NCBI RefSeq assembly: GCF_009914755.1 | Contig: NC_060930.1 | DNA from: the human T2T-CHM13v2.0 reference genome, Homo sapiens | DNA length: 64,000 nt | Strand: one strand, 5' to 3' | In this document: piece by piece, positions 44,646 through 61,900 of the stretch | Position numbering within the stretch: position 1 is the stretch's first letter | Layout: each line of letters opens with the position of its first letter | Notes under the pieces: generated by a model | Databases searched by the model: none | Seen by the model: the letters and a program-made list of their open reading frames with translations, nothing else | What the model was told of the DNA's origin: nothing | Made by a program: the position numbers and the translations under genes

Positions 44646-46636
44646 CCCCAAGGTCGTCCTACTTAACAGGTGAGAAGAGAGCAGTAGTAGAACATGTTAG
44701 TCAGCCTAATCTGCATAGCTGCATCATTGATTGGCTCATCAACCCTAGGAGCAAAAAGTCAGCACAATGGGAATGCAGTGGAACTGGCACCATGAAGTGT
44801 TTTGAAAAGAAATCAACTCTTTTGTTTTAAAAGAGGAAGTTGCTGCCATTCAAGTGCCCAGAAATAGAATACATTTTTCTTATATTTATTAAAGCTAATT
44901 ATAGATAGAAAGAAAGCGAAGACCCCAAACCTCAACCTTGTATAGGAAAGAAGATATGTAGTTTGATTTAAAAATGTATAATAAATAATTATTTTCAAGT
45001 TAAAATACATAATGACAACAGGCATTTATTCAAGGTAAATCAATTCATTCAGAGTTATCTGAGAATAAAGAAGGTTTTGGACTAATCCAGATGTTTACTT
45101 CTATGTTGCTTTCTCTTTGCTCCAGCCGTAAAATGTTAAATTACAAATGGATCAGGGGTTAAAGAGTCCTCAGGTCAATCTTAAGTCTAAACTTTTGCCA
45201 CAGAGTTTATAAAGGTTGGCAAAACCAAGAGAAGATCATCATCGCCACTACTGTAACCTCCACTCTCACCTGAAAACCATGGCAAATCTCTTGCCTGGCA
45301 TCATGTTTCGTGTGTTGGTACCATAAATTGGAAAAAGTGAGCAGCTAACATCAGAAAAGTTTAGATGACAGGTTTTATGTAATGAATTATTGGGACCAGA
45401 CTTTTTTTTTTTAATAAACTAGTTGACTTTAAAAAAAAAATGTTGCTCTTTTTAAAGGCTTATGCTGATAGGAAGACACCTTTACACATGAAGAAGACAA
45501 CCTTCTTAATTCTCAAGGTCAGGATAGCTCCTTATCCAATTGCAGTACCCCACAAGTGATCATGGAATAATGAGACAGAAATAAAATCTTGAGGACTCAA
45601 CCAGGCCATTCTCCAAAATTCAGAATTGGCCTCACTTTAATAATCACTGATGATTAAAGAATATATCTTGTTTTAAAAGAACACTTAAGTAAAGAGGTAG
45701 TTCATAATTTCCTTAAGTATTCCATCCTGGTATTTAGCAATCTTTTTTCTTAGAGAAGAAAAACTATTTGATATTTATGTCTCTGTTAATCCTTTACCTC
45801 AAAGCATTTATTCAGCCTTCATATATAATTTTCAGGGATACCTATAATGGAAAAGAAGATATTTTATTCCATAAATATTTGTGCAAAACAAGATGTTCAG
45901 TACTATTTTAACAATAATTTCAGTCATCTAATCCTTTTCTGCCTTCCACTACTTCACTGCATTTTCTGTCTTGAATTTCAACTTATAGCAATCTAATCTC
46001 TCAAGGCATATATGCTGAGGGAATGTTTTCAGCTACATTATTTGCTTCTTTAGAAGATAACTTCAGTGTAAGGGTAATGAAAGTACAGAGAGTTCTTGGA
46101 ATCCTTTCTAAAATGTCCTTTGTTTAGTCAATATTTACAAATCACCTTCTTTGTTTTTGTTCTGTAAATAGAACAATAGAGAGACAGTGAAATGATAAGA
46201 GTGGTAGATGGTGCGTGGGTATGAAATTTAGCTACAGCCTTTTGAAATAAATTGGATACTAATTTAACTTGCATTTTAACCTCAAGCTGGTCATAATAGA
46301 ATGGAATATGTCTTTTCTTATAACTACATAGAACCAAAGGGCTTTTTATAATTAGCAAATACCACATAGGTGTCATAGGATCTGCTTATGTTTTTCAGTT
46401 TTCATCTTTTGCTTCTCAAACTCACTGTTAATGGAGGACTACAGGACATTCACATAGACTGAGAAATTTTCCACTGTCATTCATAATGTGGGTTCTATTG
46501 AGAAGCAGACACACTGCGCTAGATACAGATACAGAGCAAAGATGAATTAGTAGCCCAGAGACTGGAAAGAAGAATCAAGAAAAAGAATTTGCTTAGATTC
46601 ATTGACTTGCTGAGAGAAACACCAATTCTCTTCTAG

Positions 46637-46979
<343 letters not shown>

Positions 46980-46980
46980 A

Positions 46981-47290
46981 TATTCCCTTGCCTTTTACAG
47001 CTTCTAGAGGCTGCCTGCATTTTTGCTGTGGCCCCTTCCTCTGGCTTCAAAGCCAGCCATCTTCCTTCATTTTCACATTGCACTATAACTTAGCCAGGAA
47101 ATATTCTCTCCATTTAAGGACTAATGTGATTAGACTGGGCCCACCCAAATAATCTGGGACAATCTCCTTGTCTCAAAGTTTGAACATCAATCACATCTGC
47201 AAAATCCTTTTTGCCAGGTAAGGTAACATATTCACAGGTTTTGGAGAGTAGAGTGTGACTATCTTTGGGGGCCATTATTCTCCCTACCAC
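46981..47290 (-). mobile_element. MLT1C/D MaLR LTR fragment
   Basis: CAGCTTCTAGAGGCTGCC, GGGCCCACCCAAATAATC, CACATCTGCAAAATCC, GGGGGCCATTATTCTCCCTACCAC. Confidence 0.87.
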
Positions 47291-47462
47291 CCTATCTTAG
47301 CTTCAATTTCCTAACCTGTGAAACTTTGTAGGCTGCTGTAAGAATCACCATGCCACAGAGAGAGGGCCTAAAACCATGCCTGGTATGTAGGTATCAATAA
47401 GTGGTTATGAAGATGTAGATAATGATAAAGATAATGAAAAATATATGGACAGACTATTGTCA

Positions 47463-48095
<633 letters not shown>

Positions 48096-48567
48096 ATTTT
48101 GGTATAAGAATGCCCATGTTTTAATCCTTAGCTGAAAAAGCATACATAATTGATTGTTCTAAGAAGTAAATTACTTTTTTCACTGAAGGTGATTTAGAAA
48201 AGGCAAAGAATGTCAAGGGAAAGAAGAAATGAACAATTTTCAAATAATCACTAAGAAAATAAAGTATTACCTTTCTTCTGTTATTGTACCTTATATTAAA
48301 GTATATTTGTTCAGTAAATTTTGATTAATTTGTATTTCAAGTATTCCAATTTTCTCTCTGCCTAGTATGTCTTATTTGAGTCTAAGTTCCATATCAAAGC
48401 ATTTCAGGGAATTTTTAAAAGCTAAACTGCTCACATAATTTAAACTGCTCACCACAATTTAAGTGTTACAAGAACAGTTTTCAGCATGAAAACTGAAGTC
48501 CCCAAAAGGTATGCAAACGCAACCTTATTACTTCCTGGTATTAACATCAACATGAAAGTGAAGTCAC

Positions 48568-49207
<640 letters not shown>

Positions 49208-49323
49208 TTACTTAGATAAAATTAATGAACTTGACTGGCTTAAAACCATAATATTTGTTTGCTTTTTTTTTTTAAACCAAATTTGGTGGAATTTGAATTT
49301 AGGTGGGTGTAGGAAAAAAATCA

Positions 49324-49725
<402 letters not shown>

Positions 49726-49981
49726 GTGTACTAAGATCTACAGCTAGGAGGTGCTGGCTCCAAAGAGGTCACCTGGTGACTCAAACATCCACCTGCCACA
49801 GCACTGGCATGTGGAAAGCAAGACATGCATTCTCTGAATGCTGCTAATAGGGTTTCTCTCAACCTCTGGGAACTAATTTATTTGTGATTTCTGAAAATAC
49901 ATCAATCAAAAGAACATCAAAACTTGGGGGAAAAAAAACAACAAACTCCCTTCAAGGGCATACTTAAAAACAGACTGAGTT

Positions 49982-50280
49982 GCCGTGTGCGGTGGCTCAT
50001 GCCTGTAATCCCAGCACTTTGGGAAGCCGAGGTGGCTGAACACCTGAGGTCGGGAGTTCAAGACCAGCGTGACCAACATGGAGAAACCCCATCTGTACTA
50101 AAAATACAAAATTAGCCAGGTGTGGTGGTGCATGCCTGTTATCCCAGCTACTCCGGAGGCTGAGGCAGGAGAATCGCTTGAACCAGGAGGTGGAGGTTGT
50201 GGTGAGCAGAGGTCACAACATTGCACTCCAGTTTGGGCAACAAGAGTGAAACTCTGCCTCAAAAAAAAAAAAAAAAAAAA
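49982..50280 (+). mobile_element. AluSp-like SINE
   Basis: GGTCGGGAG, TGACCAACATGGAGAAACC; TSD AAAAACAGACTGAGTTG. Confidence 0.95.
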
Positions 50281-51521
50281 CAGACTGAGTTGAAGAAAAC
50301 CACCTCCTGTTATTGTAACCAAAATTTTGTAGCCAAAATGGAATCTTTTTATGACTATACAAATTGTGCTGTCTGGGAAGACTGAAAATTTTCTTGGCAT
50401 TTAAAAAATATTGTATGAATAGGCTAAAATGTCCCCAGTTTCCGTAAAAAGGGAAGCAAGTCTTATTAAAAGTTTTAAGAAATGTATGATGGCTAGCTAA
50501 ACAACAGTATCATATGGAAGATCTACAATTTTGAGAAATTTATGTCTGTTAACAGACCCAGTATATTTAGCCCAGTTCAATTTATTAGAATATCAATTCA
50601 TTCTTTACACAATATCAATTCCAGAAGTAAAACAGTTGAGGGAGTATACTGTCTCTACAAGTCAAACAATAATACAGTTTAAATAACAAAACCAACCATG
50701 TGACAATCCAGTTATTTCAATTACTTAAACATCTGAATCATACAAACCACAGAGCAGCCTGAATGATGTCATGGTACCTGGCATCCAGCTGGCTTTGAAA
50801 CCTCTGCCTAATTGAAACTGCTTCTCCTGATATTGACTTAAATAGTGAATCTGTATCTTTTGACAAAGACGAACCAATGATACTAGGTAACCGTGAGTGC
50901 AACTGATGGACATATGTTAGTTGTAAAAAGTGATTTTTTTAATTGACAAAACCTGGATTAGTGAAAAGACAGAGTCAGCACAATGTCACTGTTACTCAAA
51001 GACACACACAGCTGTAAATGGAATCATCAATTAGTAAATTAATAAATTTATATTAATTACTCTCGAGAGAATAATGTGTGCTTGACTAATATTTTTATAC
51101 GCTTTAATTCATTAAATTATACAATTAATAAATATTTGTCAAGCACCCATTATGCTCTCAAAGTGTTGTCCTTGCCCAAATGGAGCCTACATCTTGTTTC
51201 ATAAGAATAATATAAGATAATTTGAAAACAACAATGTAAGATAATGCTCAATAAATGATTTATACAAGAGGTACAGCAACAATTCAGAGAATGCTGATAT
51301 AAGTGTCACGTGATGTCTTCAGGGAAGTCCAGAGATGAAGTAAAAATCTGAAGGTGAGGTAGAGTTCCCACAGGAGGAATAAGAAAGACATTCGAATCAG
51401 GAATGGAGGCGGGAAGTACAGGTGAGCATGGTGAGTAAGCAAAGAGATACGGAAGAAGCACAGCCTTTATCTGGAAGATTAAGAGAAATATGTCAGGAAC
51501 AGGCTGTCTACAGGAAATTTA

Positions 51522-51668
51522 AGCCAGGGTGCAGGTTTCATGACTGTAATCCCAGCACTTTGGGAGGTAGAAGAGGAAGGATCACTCGAGGCCAGGAATT
51601 CAGGGCCAGCCTGGGCAATATAGCAAGACTCCATCTCTATAACAAGTTTTAAAATAAAAATAAAAAAC
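51522..51668 (+). mobile_element. FLAM_C monomer
   Basis: Single left arm with A-rich tail. Confidence 0.87.
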
Positions 51669-51714
51669 ACGTTTCAAAAAGAAAATGCAGAATATATTTA
51701 GAATAGTAGTAGTC

Positions 51715-52024
<310 letters not shown>

Positions 52025-52029
52025 GTAGC

Positions 52030-52240
52030 TGCCATTTCTGAGTTCTTAGTGTGTATTGGTCATTTTTTATATCACTCTTCTCAATTGCCCTGTGAGATAG
52101 GCATTATTACCCCTCTTTTGCAGATAAGGAGACTGAGGGTCAAAGAAGGTAAATAACTTGCCCAAATTCACACAGCTTGTTCTGGTAGAACCGAAATTCA
52201 AATCAAGTTTTCAGTGACTCCAAAGTCCAAGCTCTTTCCA
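52030..52240 (-). mobile_element. MIR SINE relic
   Basis: CCCTGTGAGATAGGCATTATTACCCCTCTTTTGCAGATAAGGAGACTGAGG...AACTTGCCCAA. Confidence 0.85.
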
Positions 52241-52284
52241 TTTGGGGCACCTACCTCCCAGGTTCTAAAAGCAGGGGAAGGCGG

Positions 52285-52460
52285 GCAGGTGTGGTGGCAT
52301 ACGTCTATAGTCTCAGCTACTTGGGAGGCTGAGGGCTGAGGTGAGAGTATAACTTGCGCCCAGAAGTTTGAGACTGTGCTGAGCTATGATCATACCACTG
52401 CACTCCATCTTAGATGACAGAGTGAGTTTGTAAATAAATAAATAAATAAAAATAAATAAA
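52285..52460 (+). mobile_element. Alu right-arm monomer (FRAM/AluJ)
   Basis: Right arm with (TAAA)n; TSD TAAAAGCAGGG. Confidence 0.87.
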
Positions 52461-52942
52461 AGCAGGGCAAAGGCATTATTTGGCTTCTTGGTTGCCATGT
52501 TTATCCAGTGACAGGCCTGCAGCAAAGTTTTAAATGGAAAGGACCTAGAAGGAATAAGATTCCTCAGAAGGACACAGGTCAATGAAGGTTATGATTAAAG
52601 TGGCTGCAGAAGTCACCTGGAAGAGGAAAATTCAAGAGTTAACACAAACAGTCATTACATTTTGTTAACAATAATTCTATAATTTCTAAGTCTAAAAACA
52701 GGCTCACAAGATATATAGTACATAATTTGCCCCCAGGAATTGTAGCAGTAAGTATACTTCATTTAAAAATAATTACACAACATGACAATTGGACGTAGAG
52801 AAATAATGCTCAGCATGGAAAAGAGGACAAAAGAAAATCAACTCGGAGAAGATCTGAGTAACCTATAAACAAAAGTGGAAGTCACTACGGTAGGGAAAAA
52901 AAGTTGCTGCTGGATGATCTAAATAAGTATTAAATAAAGACT

Positions 52943-53032
52943 GAGAGGCGGGAGGATCACTTGAGGCCAGGAGTTCAAGACCAGCCTGGGCAACCTATTT
53001 AGACCCCATCTCTAAAATAAAATAAAAATAAA
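52943..53032 (+). mobile_element. 5'-truncated FLAM
   Basis: GAGGCGGGAGGATCACTTGAGGCCAGGAG; TSD AAATAAAGACTGA. Confidence 0.87.
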
Positions 53033-53363
53033 GACTGATGTCTATAAGTAATTAAAAAGACCATCTGAGAAGCTGAATGAGTTGGTTGGTTAGGCAAACC
53101 TAGCTTACAAATCCTTGAGGTCCATCTGCTCAGTTTTAGCTGCCAACACACTCTTTCCAGGCCTCTCTATGCTGTTCTACCCAACAGAACACAGAAGACC
53201 TTGCTGCTGTTGAGGAACTTCTTGTCTTGCAGAGCCTGTTAGCACCTCCTTGCCCCATGACTCCCAAGCCCACTGAGAGTGTTTCCTACAAGTAGAAGAA
53301 TGTCTTCATTCAACTGACTTTTATGAGCAGCTTCTATGTTTTCACTACTGTGCTAGTGTCCTG

Positions 53364-53541
53364 ACAGGGTGTATAATTTGTAGGGCCCAGTGCAAATGAA
53401 AATGCAGAATCCCTTTGTCCAAAAATTATTAAGAATTTCAAAATGGCTACAACAGAGCATTCAACCAAATACAGGGCCCTTGCAAGTATAGGGTTCTGTG
53501 TGACTGCACAGGTTCTATATCTAACTATGAAGCCAGCCTTG
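53364..53541 (-). mobile_element. MER45A (hAT-Tip100) MITE
   Basis: ATAATTTGTAGGGCCCAGTGCAAATGAAAATGC...AATTATTAAGAATTTCAA...TGTGTGACTGCACAGGT...ATGAAGCCAGCC. Confidence 0.85.
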
Positions 53542-53719
53542 CATAGGCTCTGTCCTCAAAGTTCTCCCAGCCTACTTTTTGCTAGTATGTATTGTCTCAT
53601 AGACCCTAATCCCAGGGTCCTTCTTGCACTGTACTTACAGCTACAGCCATGATCCTTGCCTGGATTTGTGGCTAGCCTTAGATTCCACCCCTTGAGATCT
53701 TTGAGATTCCTACGCTTCT

Positions 53720-54329
53720 CTTTGTCAACACTGCCAATACTCCATTTCCAAACATCATCATTTCTTCCTAGATAACTATAACAGCCTTCTCTTTAGTCTC
53801 ACCCTCTAATCCATTATCTATATTGCCTGTCAAGAGAATCTTTAAGGAGCCAAATCTGATTGTGTCACTCCCCTGCTTAAATTCCTACAAAGGCTTGCTA
53901 TTGGCTGTCCAATGAAATCCAGTCCAATGAAATGCGATACTGCTTTCAAGGCAGTGTGTGACCTAGCCCAGGTGACTCTTACAGGAATAATTCTTACCCC
54001 ACCCATCCCAACACCCCTTCATGAACCAGCCTCACTGTTCACTTTTCATGACACTTGGCAATCTTTTTTCTCCATTTTCTGCTTAGACATTATCTCCTCT
54101 AGAAGGCCTATTTTGACACTCTCTCTTATCCTAGTCTCCATAAGAGGACCCTATTATGTGTCCCCATTGTCCTTGTCACGAAGGGTTTTTTTTTGTCTAT
54201 TTATTTATCTGCATCACATGTTTACAATAAAACAACAAAGACAGAAAGCATGTCTCAGTCACCTTTGACCATGAATATGTAGCCTGACTCGTGATTCATG
54301 AGGCACTCAAATATTGTTAAATAAATGAA
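53720..54329 (+). mobile_element. L2 3' end relic
   Basis: CAAATCTGATTGTGTCACTCCCCTGCTTAAA...GGCACTCAAATATTGTTAAATAAATGAA. Confidence 0.75.
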
Positions 54330-54343
54330 GACTCATACATCAA

Positions 54344-54552
54344 AAGGAGTTACTGATATTTTCACAGGTGCTTGTGTTTATTTAAAGGCTTCCTAACCCA
54401 TTGTGAGCTCCTTAGGGCCCAAGGTTGAACTTGGATATTCCTTCCAAATCCTGACTCTGTGCCTGGCATATAGACAACAGTTGCCTCCTAAGAATTCCAG
54501 AATGAGCTGGGCGTGGTGACTCATGCCTGTAATCCCAGCACTTTGGGAGGCC
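54344..54552 (-). repeat. Inverted copy of 56652-56861, including the first ~48 bp of an Alu
   Basis: Manual alignment: 2 substitutions and 1 single-base indel in 209 bp. Confidence 0.97.
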
Positions 54553-55112
54553 ACCACTTAACATACAACCACATTTCTTAAAATCTTGTGAAAATGTCAT
54601 TCACTAGAAAGGAAAAAGTAAAAGAGGAAAAAAAAAAAAAACAGTAAATTTAGTGAGCTCTCATGAACCCAAAAAACTTCACTTATGAGCCATTGTGCCA
54701 TCTGATCTCAGTTTCAACTCCAGGCCTTGTTGGCCTGTCTACAACAGAGCCACCAGCAATGTCAGTTCAGGTGGTATCTGTCAAATCAGCAATTCATGTG
54801 TATGTTCTTAACCTACTAGTTTGAGTATTTCTCTCATGACTGGATTACATCCTCTAAAACATTTTTCTTCTAAATTGTTGACTTTCCAAAGAAACTTGCA
54901 GTTTCAAAGAAACTTCCAAATACTAAACTCCTTTGGAAAAATCACTTAACAATATAGAGTTTGTTCATTCATTTATTTAAGAACTATTGACTAGGTATGT
55001 GTTATGTGAGCAGCCCTGTGACAGAAGATAAGAAAAAAGTAATGAACAAGACAGATGCTTTCTTTACTAGGAGAATGAAAACTTTAAATAAGGGCTACAA
55101 AAAAAAAAAAAA

Positions 55113-55460
55113 GGCTGGGCACGGTGGTTCACACCTGTAATCCCAGCACTTCAGGAGGCTAAGGCGGGCAGATCATGAGGTCAAGAGATCAAAACCATCC
55201 TGGCCAACATGGTGAAACCCCGTCTCTACTAAAAATACAAAAATTAGCTGGGCGTGGTGGCATGCGCCTGTAGTCACAGCTACTCTGGAGGCTGAGGCAG
55301 GAGATTCGCTTGAACCCAGGAGGCAGAGGTTGCGCTGAGCCGAGATCATGCCCCTGCACTCCAGCCTGGTGACAGCCTAATTCCTTCAACACAGATTTCT
55401 GTGGGCCTTGCAAGACTCCGTCTCAAAAAAAAATAAAAATAAAAATAAATAAATAAAAAA
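55113..55460 (+). mobile_element. AluS (Sc-like) carrying a 31-bp non-Alu insert
   Basis: Dimer interrupted at 55378-55408. Confidence 0.95.
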
Positions 55461-55719
55461 TAAACATTATTACCATGGTTTTCAACAGCCAAGCTCCAAC
55501 TTTCACAAGAAGATAAAGAGGTGGTTTTCATAACAGACTTTTACCACTGAAACAATGTGGTTATTAAGGAAGAAAACGCAGCAACTGAAGTTGAAGGCAT
55601 GTCAGTTGTTGGAATGTCCTAACCGAAGATTATGAAAGAATACATAGCAGCTTGTAAATGGCAATAGCTGTATCCAGAGTCATTGCAAAATGTCTGGGTA
55701 AAGAGGGTTTTATGTTAGT

Positions 55720-55910
55720 TTTCCAAATACTTTCATATATTTCCTCCTTATTTAATTCTTACAGCCACCCTGAGAGATACATATGGCAAACATTGTAATA
55801 CCCATTTAGAGTTTGGGAAACTACAGGGGTTAATGACTTGCTTTTTTTCACTTTATAAATTGCTGGCAGAAAAAGAATTAGAATCTGCATCTCTAGCCCC
55901 TTGCTCTGGA
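55720..55910 (-). mobile_element. MIR SINE relic
   Basis: TTTAATTCTTACAGCCACCCTGAGAG...CCCATTTAGAGTTTGGGAAACT. Confidence 0.65.
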
Positions 55911-56409
55911 CTTTAGATCAACAGAGAAACTAATTAGGTGACCTCTGCAGGGCTTGGTTTAAGAATACAGCACAGTTTTCTCCTGTGCCATGACCCTGGC
56001 TCATATGTCTTTTACAAAACTGTGGAAAACGCAGCTAGGCAAATGCCACTAGTGTGTTTATCCACAATCAATGATCTCTTCCAATTATTTGTTTTTTTTG
56101 TTTGTGTTTAATAATTCTAATTACTGCTGTTAGAGAATATGGTTTTATTCTGGACACAGTTTTATAAATTTATTGAAGAACATCTGTGATCTCTTTGGGA
56201 GTATTTATGATTCCCAACGTTATGCATGATTCTTTTATTATGAATGCTTGTCTAGGTTTCCATGTCATTAAAGAAGTTTAAAGACCTGTCTCTTCACTGA
56301 CCAAGCTACAAACAAGAATTCCCAAATATATATGATAAAGCAGATTTTTTTACTTCCCTCAGAAGCAGAGCATGCTGCCAACATGGGCCACAATTTTTCA
56401 TTCTGGAAA

Positions 56410-56699
<290 letters not shown>

Positions 56700-56999
56700 C
56701 ATTCTGGAATTCTTAGGAGGCAACTGTTGTCTATATGCCAGGCACAGAGTCAGGATTTGGAAGGAATATCCAAGTTCAACCTTGGGCCCTAAGGAGCTCA
56801 CAGATGGGTTAGGAAACCTTTAAATAAACACAAGCCCCTGTGAAAATATCAGTAACTCCTTCAACACAGATTTTTGTGGGCCTACTGTGGACCTGCTCAC
56901 TGCTACATGCTGAGGATTGAAAAGATTATTGAGACTATCCCTGCACTCTGGAAGGAAAAAAATCTAAAACCTTTACAATTGGATTTGCAAGCAGTTCTG

Positions 57000-57175
57000 C
57001 TTTTGTGCATTATCTCATTTAGTCCTCATCATCATTATGAAGTGTCATCATCTTATTTTATGGATATGAAACCTGAGGTTCAAAGAGGACAACTCAGTTT
57101 CCCAAGATCACAGAATGAGAGGCTGAGTCAAAACTCCAGCACAGATGTTTAGACTCATAGTCTAAGGTTCTCTCT
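57000..57175 (-). mobile_element. MIR SINE relic
   Basis: CATTATCTCATTTAGTCCTCA...GAAACCTGAGGTTCAAAGAGG...CCCAAGATCACAG. Confidence 0.8.
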
Positions 57176-58390
57176 ACAATTGGGTTAAAGCAGTTTATTC
57201 TAATAACTACCTCAAATATTTTTTTATGTAAGTAAATTATTTCAGATAAAAACAATGTTGACTTAGAAGAGTTATATCATGCTAGAAAGACAATAAAAAG
57301 CAGACAGATTTTCAGTACTCAAACATATGAAACTAGAGCAGAGTGGGAAGAAAGTCAAGGTGCAAAAATAGCCAAAACAACCATTTGTTAAGGAAAAGGT
57401 GTGAGGAACACATTTTAAAAATATTTTTCCCTTGATTCACTATCATGCCTTCTGTAGGACTCAATGAAAAAGAATAAATTAAAAGAACTCTGCTGAATTT
57501 TGATCATTAACTGTTCCCATTTTATTGTTTCTCTCATATGAAACCCTTCCTATAAAGACCCCAGTTAATAGTCTGGCAAATGCCTCTAAAAATACAAGCA
57601 AGAAACAAGCAAGCAAACATTTGTTTCTCAAGAATTGGGATCATTTCTGAGTTATCAATATCTACTTCTTCTTTCTACATGTAGTCCTCAGTATTTCCTA
57701 CAGTTAAAAAGATGAGTGACTAATGAAAAAGCAGTAAGACATTTCTGCTTTATGCACATGTATAGACAGTGCAGTTACTGTTTATTATCAGTTTTATTTT
57801 GCCTTTTTCAGCATGCACCTAGCTGAGTACTAAAGTAAGTCAAGAATTAAGCACAGCAATGAAGTGTCCTCAATTAGGTTGAAGGAAATTGAATTTATTT
57901 CCAAGAAAGGAGTTATACGCCATTAAATAAAATCAGTAACAACTGAATTTTACATTATCATTCATATAATGCTATTTTATACAAGTATTGCCAATTATTT
58001 ATATATCCAAATTACTCAACCGTATTCTCAACATGTGTTCCGTGTGCTTTGATTAAATACTCATGACTAAGTGTCTGTGGTCATTCCTGCACATGAAGGG
58101 AATGTGAGTATTGCAAACTTTGTGGTTTCTTCAAAATAGACAAACTAGAGTTTCTCACTGCATCAGAAAAAGTGGACACAAGGCCTCTAAGGAAAGAGCA
58201 GGTGTATCCCGAGGCAATGTTTTCTCTACAGCCCCATAGTTGCCATTTTTCTGACCTCAATTAGAACCAGGAATTGGATCAGAGAATGAGATCTGCAGCA
58301 CCCAATCAGAACCAATTCTTCTCTTAGTGGTTATTAACAAATGCAAATTCTAAACTCGTTGACACCTTTTGTCTTAAACATTAACAATGC

Positions 58391-58501
58391 AGCACACCAA
58401 CATGGCATATGTATACATATGTAACAAACCTACACGTTGTGCACATGTATCCTAAAACTTAAAGTATAATAATAATAAAAAGAAAAAAAAGAAATTAAAA
58501 A
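58391..58501 (+). mobile_element. L1PA extreme 3' end, heavily 5'-truncated
   Basis: CACACCAACATGGCATATGTATACATATGTAACAAACC...CCTAAAACTTAAAGTATAAT with A tail; TSD AAACATT(A/G)ACAATGC. Confidence 0.95.
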
Positions 58502-59075
58502 AAACATTGACAATGCTTCATCTGATTTTTCATTTTATCTCTTGAAAACAAACATGAGTCAAAAGAAATGACCAGAGACTATGCAGATGAAAAGCCTGCT
58601 TTCACCCTGAGCTCTGTTGGGTTTAGCTACCTAATGGTTCCCTCCTTTCCCACAGTCAAAGTTGAAGGTTGGGTACTTGGGAAGCACTGGATGCTTTAGG
58701 CACATTTTCCTCCTCAACCATCAGAACAAACCAATAAGGTGATCACTAGTGTCCTCATTTTATAGATGTAGCAAATGGGGTTCAAAAGGGTGAGACTGGT
58801 TGCTTCAGGATCATACACCCTGTTTGGTCTCAAAGCCTCTGCCCTTTCCACTATTCCATGCTACCTTCCTGTGATTTTGACCCATGGATTAGAGAATCTC
58901 TCCAGACACACAATTCTGTTCTCCTTTAACCTTATTTCTCAGCTCTGCCTTTCCCAGTTTTTATCATGTTACTTCAGATAATTCTGCTCCTATGCCGATT
59001 GCCTTTGAATTGATATTCTGGTTCAACTGTCTACCTAGTTTTCTATATCAACTTCTTCTCTAAATACTATGCCAT

Positions 59076-59575
59076 TGTCAATATAAATAACAGAGAGGAA
59101 TTCTAAATAAATATACATATATTATATATATATGTATGTATGTATGTATATATGTATACACACACACAAAAGTATTTAGGAATAGGGCCTTTCAATGGGA
59201 ATGTGTGCACCATAGTCAGCTATGTGTATATTAGGGAGGTAATGGAAGACAAAGGTTTGTAAAGGAAAAATGAAGAGGGTTACATAATTGCTTTTGAGAT
59301 AATTATCCTTGGCTACAAGAATCAATAACAAAGGTGACACTAGTCCAAGGTTGGACAGGCAGTTGCTGAGCAGATGTCCTCACACAGAAATATTTGTGTG
59401 TGTATGTAAGGTTGTAATGGCTTTTGTGCAGTGTTGTGTTTTTTGCAGTCTTTTGTGATAGTTTTTGTTGTCAAGCATTTATGCATGAGAACTCTGTCTT
59501 CATGGGCTTCTCCAGTTGTATTTGTCAGTTATTTTTAACACAAGTGACTCTATTTTGATTCTGACAACTTTCACA
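59076..59575 (-). mobile_element. ERV1-class solo LTR (MER67/MER31-like)
   Basis: Reverse strand starts TGTGAAAGTTGTCAGAATCAAAATAGAGTCAC and ends TGACA; 4-bp flanks CCAT/CCAG. Confidence 0.75.
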
Positions 59576-59987
59576 CCAGAGATTCTCCTGTTAAAGCTCC
59601 TAGGACACAAGCCTAATCCAATATCTGGAACAGAGTTTGGATATGAACACGTGGTCATCTATTCACTCTCCTGTCCTCAACTTCAAATATTATGATAAAA
59701 GTCTTGCAATAGGAAGAAAGCAGGGAAAGAAGCGGATTAAAAGGGAAGAAGATAGTGAAAAAGCCTGGATTTTAAAATATCAATTGTATTCTCATTTTAA
59801 ATGGCCCCTGTGGGGCTCCATGTCAGAGAGGATAAGGTCAGATCTCAGCACCTACAAACCAGGGATACACTAGGGAAAATTACAAAACAAAACATTCAGA
59901 CCGAAATCACACTACAGTATTATAACAAAGATGAACTTCAGAAACACATGGCCTACTAATAATGGAAACTATTTATTTATTGTTTAA

Positions 59988-60321
<334 letters not shown>

Positions 60322-60589
60322 CATATTCTGATTTTTTAATTAACTGTGTGGCAGGCATTATTGTACTCATTTTACAGATTATAGAAGTAGGCAAGAGAGA
60401 TTCAAATCTCACTAAGTGACAAAACTATTATAGAATTTGAATACAGTAGTATTGATTCCAAAGGTCCCATCCTCAGCGAGTATACCATTCCATACCTCCA
60501 ACCTGTTCCATAGAGCTAACACATTTCAATCCAAGTGCTTATCTGGCTTATCCGGACTTTTAAACAATTCTATTCAATACACTTTGGAT

Positions 60590-60713
60590 GTCAGGTGCAG
60601 TGTCACATGCCCCTAGTTCCAGCTACTCGGGAGGCTAAGATGGGAGAATTCCTTGAACCCAAGAGTTTGAAACTGGCCTAAGCAACATAGAGAGACCCTA
60701 TCTCCAAAAAAAA
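60590..60713 (+). mobile_element. FLAM_A-like monomer
   Basis: Diverged single arm with A tail. Confidence 0.82.
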
Positions 60714-60724
60714 GGGGGGCAGGG

Positions 60725-61413
<689 letters not shown>

Positions 61414-61519
61414 CTACCATTTTTCTTAATGTTACCAAATTGATCTGCTTAGGACATTATCATCTGACTCAATGATTACAAATATTACATTATCCCAGAC
61501 TAGGGGCAAATCTTCACAT

Positions 61520-61900
61520 TTATTCAATATTTATTCAACAAAAATTTGAATAACTACGTGTGCCAGGTTTAACTTGAACTTAGTGCTGAGAATTCAGTTG
61601 TGAAATAATCACAGGCTATTGAGTTCACAACCTAATGAGACAGCAAAGAAACGCTATCATGCAGGGTGGTGAGTACCTCTGTGAGTTATATCCAAAGTGT
61701 GCTCCTCAAAAGAGAAAGCAACTTCCTTTGTGGGGGCCAATAAAAAAGGGTTTCCTAGAGGAGTGAAAATTTTAAAAATGAAGAGGCACTCACAAAGCAG
61801 AGAAAGGGGAAGGGTAGTCCATACAGAGGTCTCAGCAGGACCAAAGGTGTGGATGTGAGAAAGAGGGCAGTGTGTTCAGGGGACCCTATCTTCCATTCTG
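61520..61900 (-). mobile_element. L2 relic
   Basis: TTTATTCAACAAAAATTTGAATAACTACGTGTGCCAGG...GAGTTCACAACCTAATGAGACAG. Confidence 0.6.
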
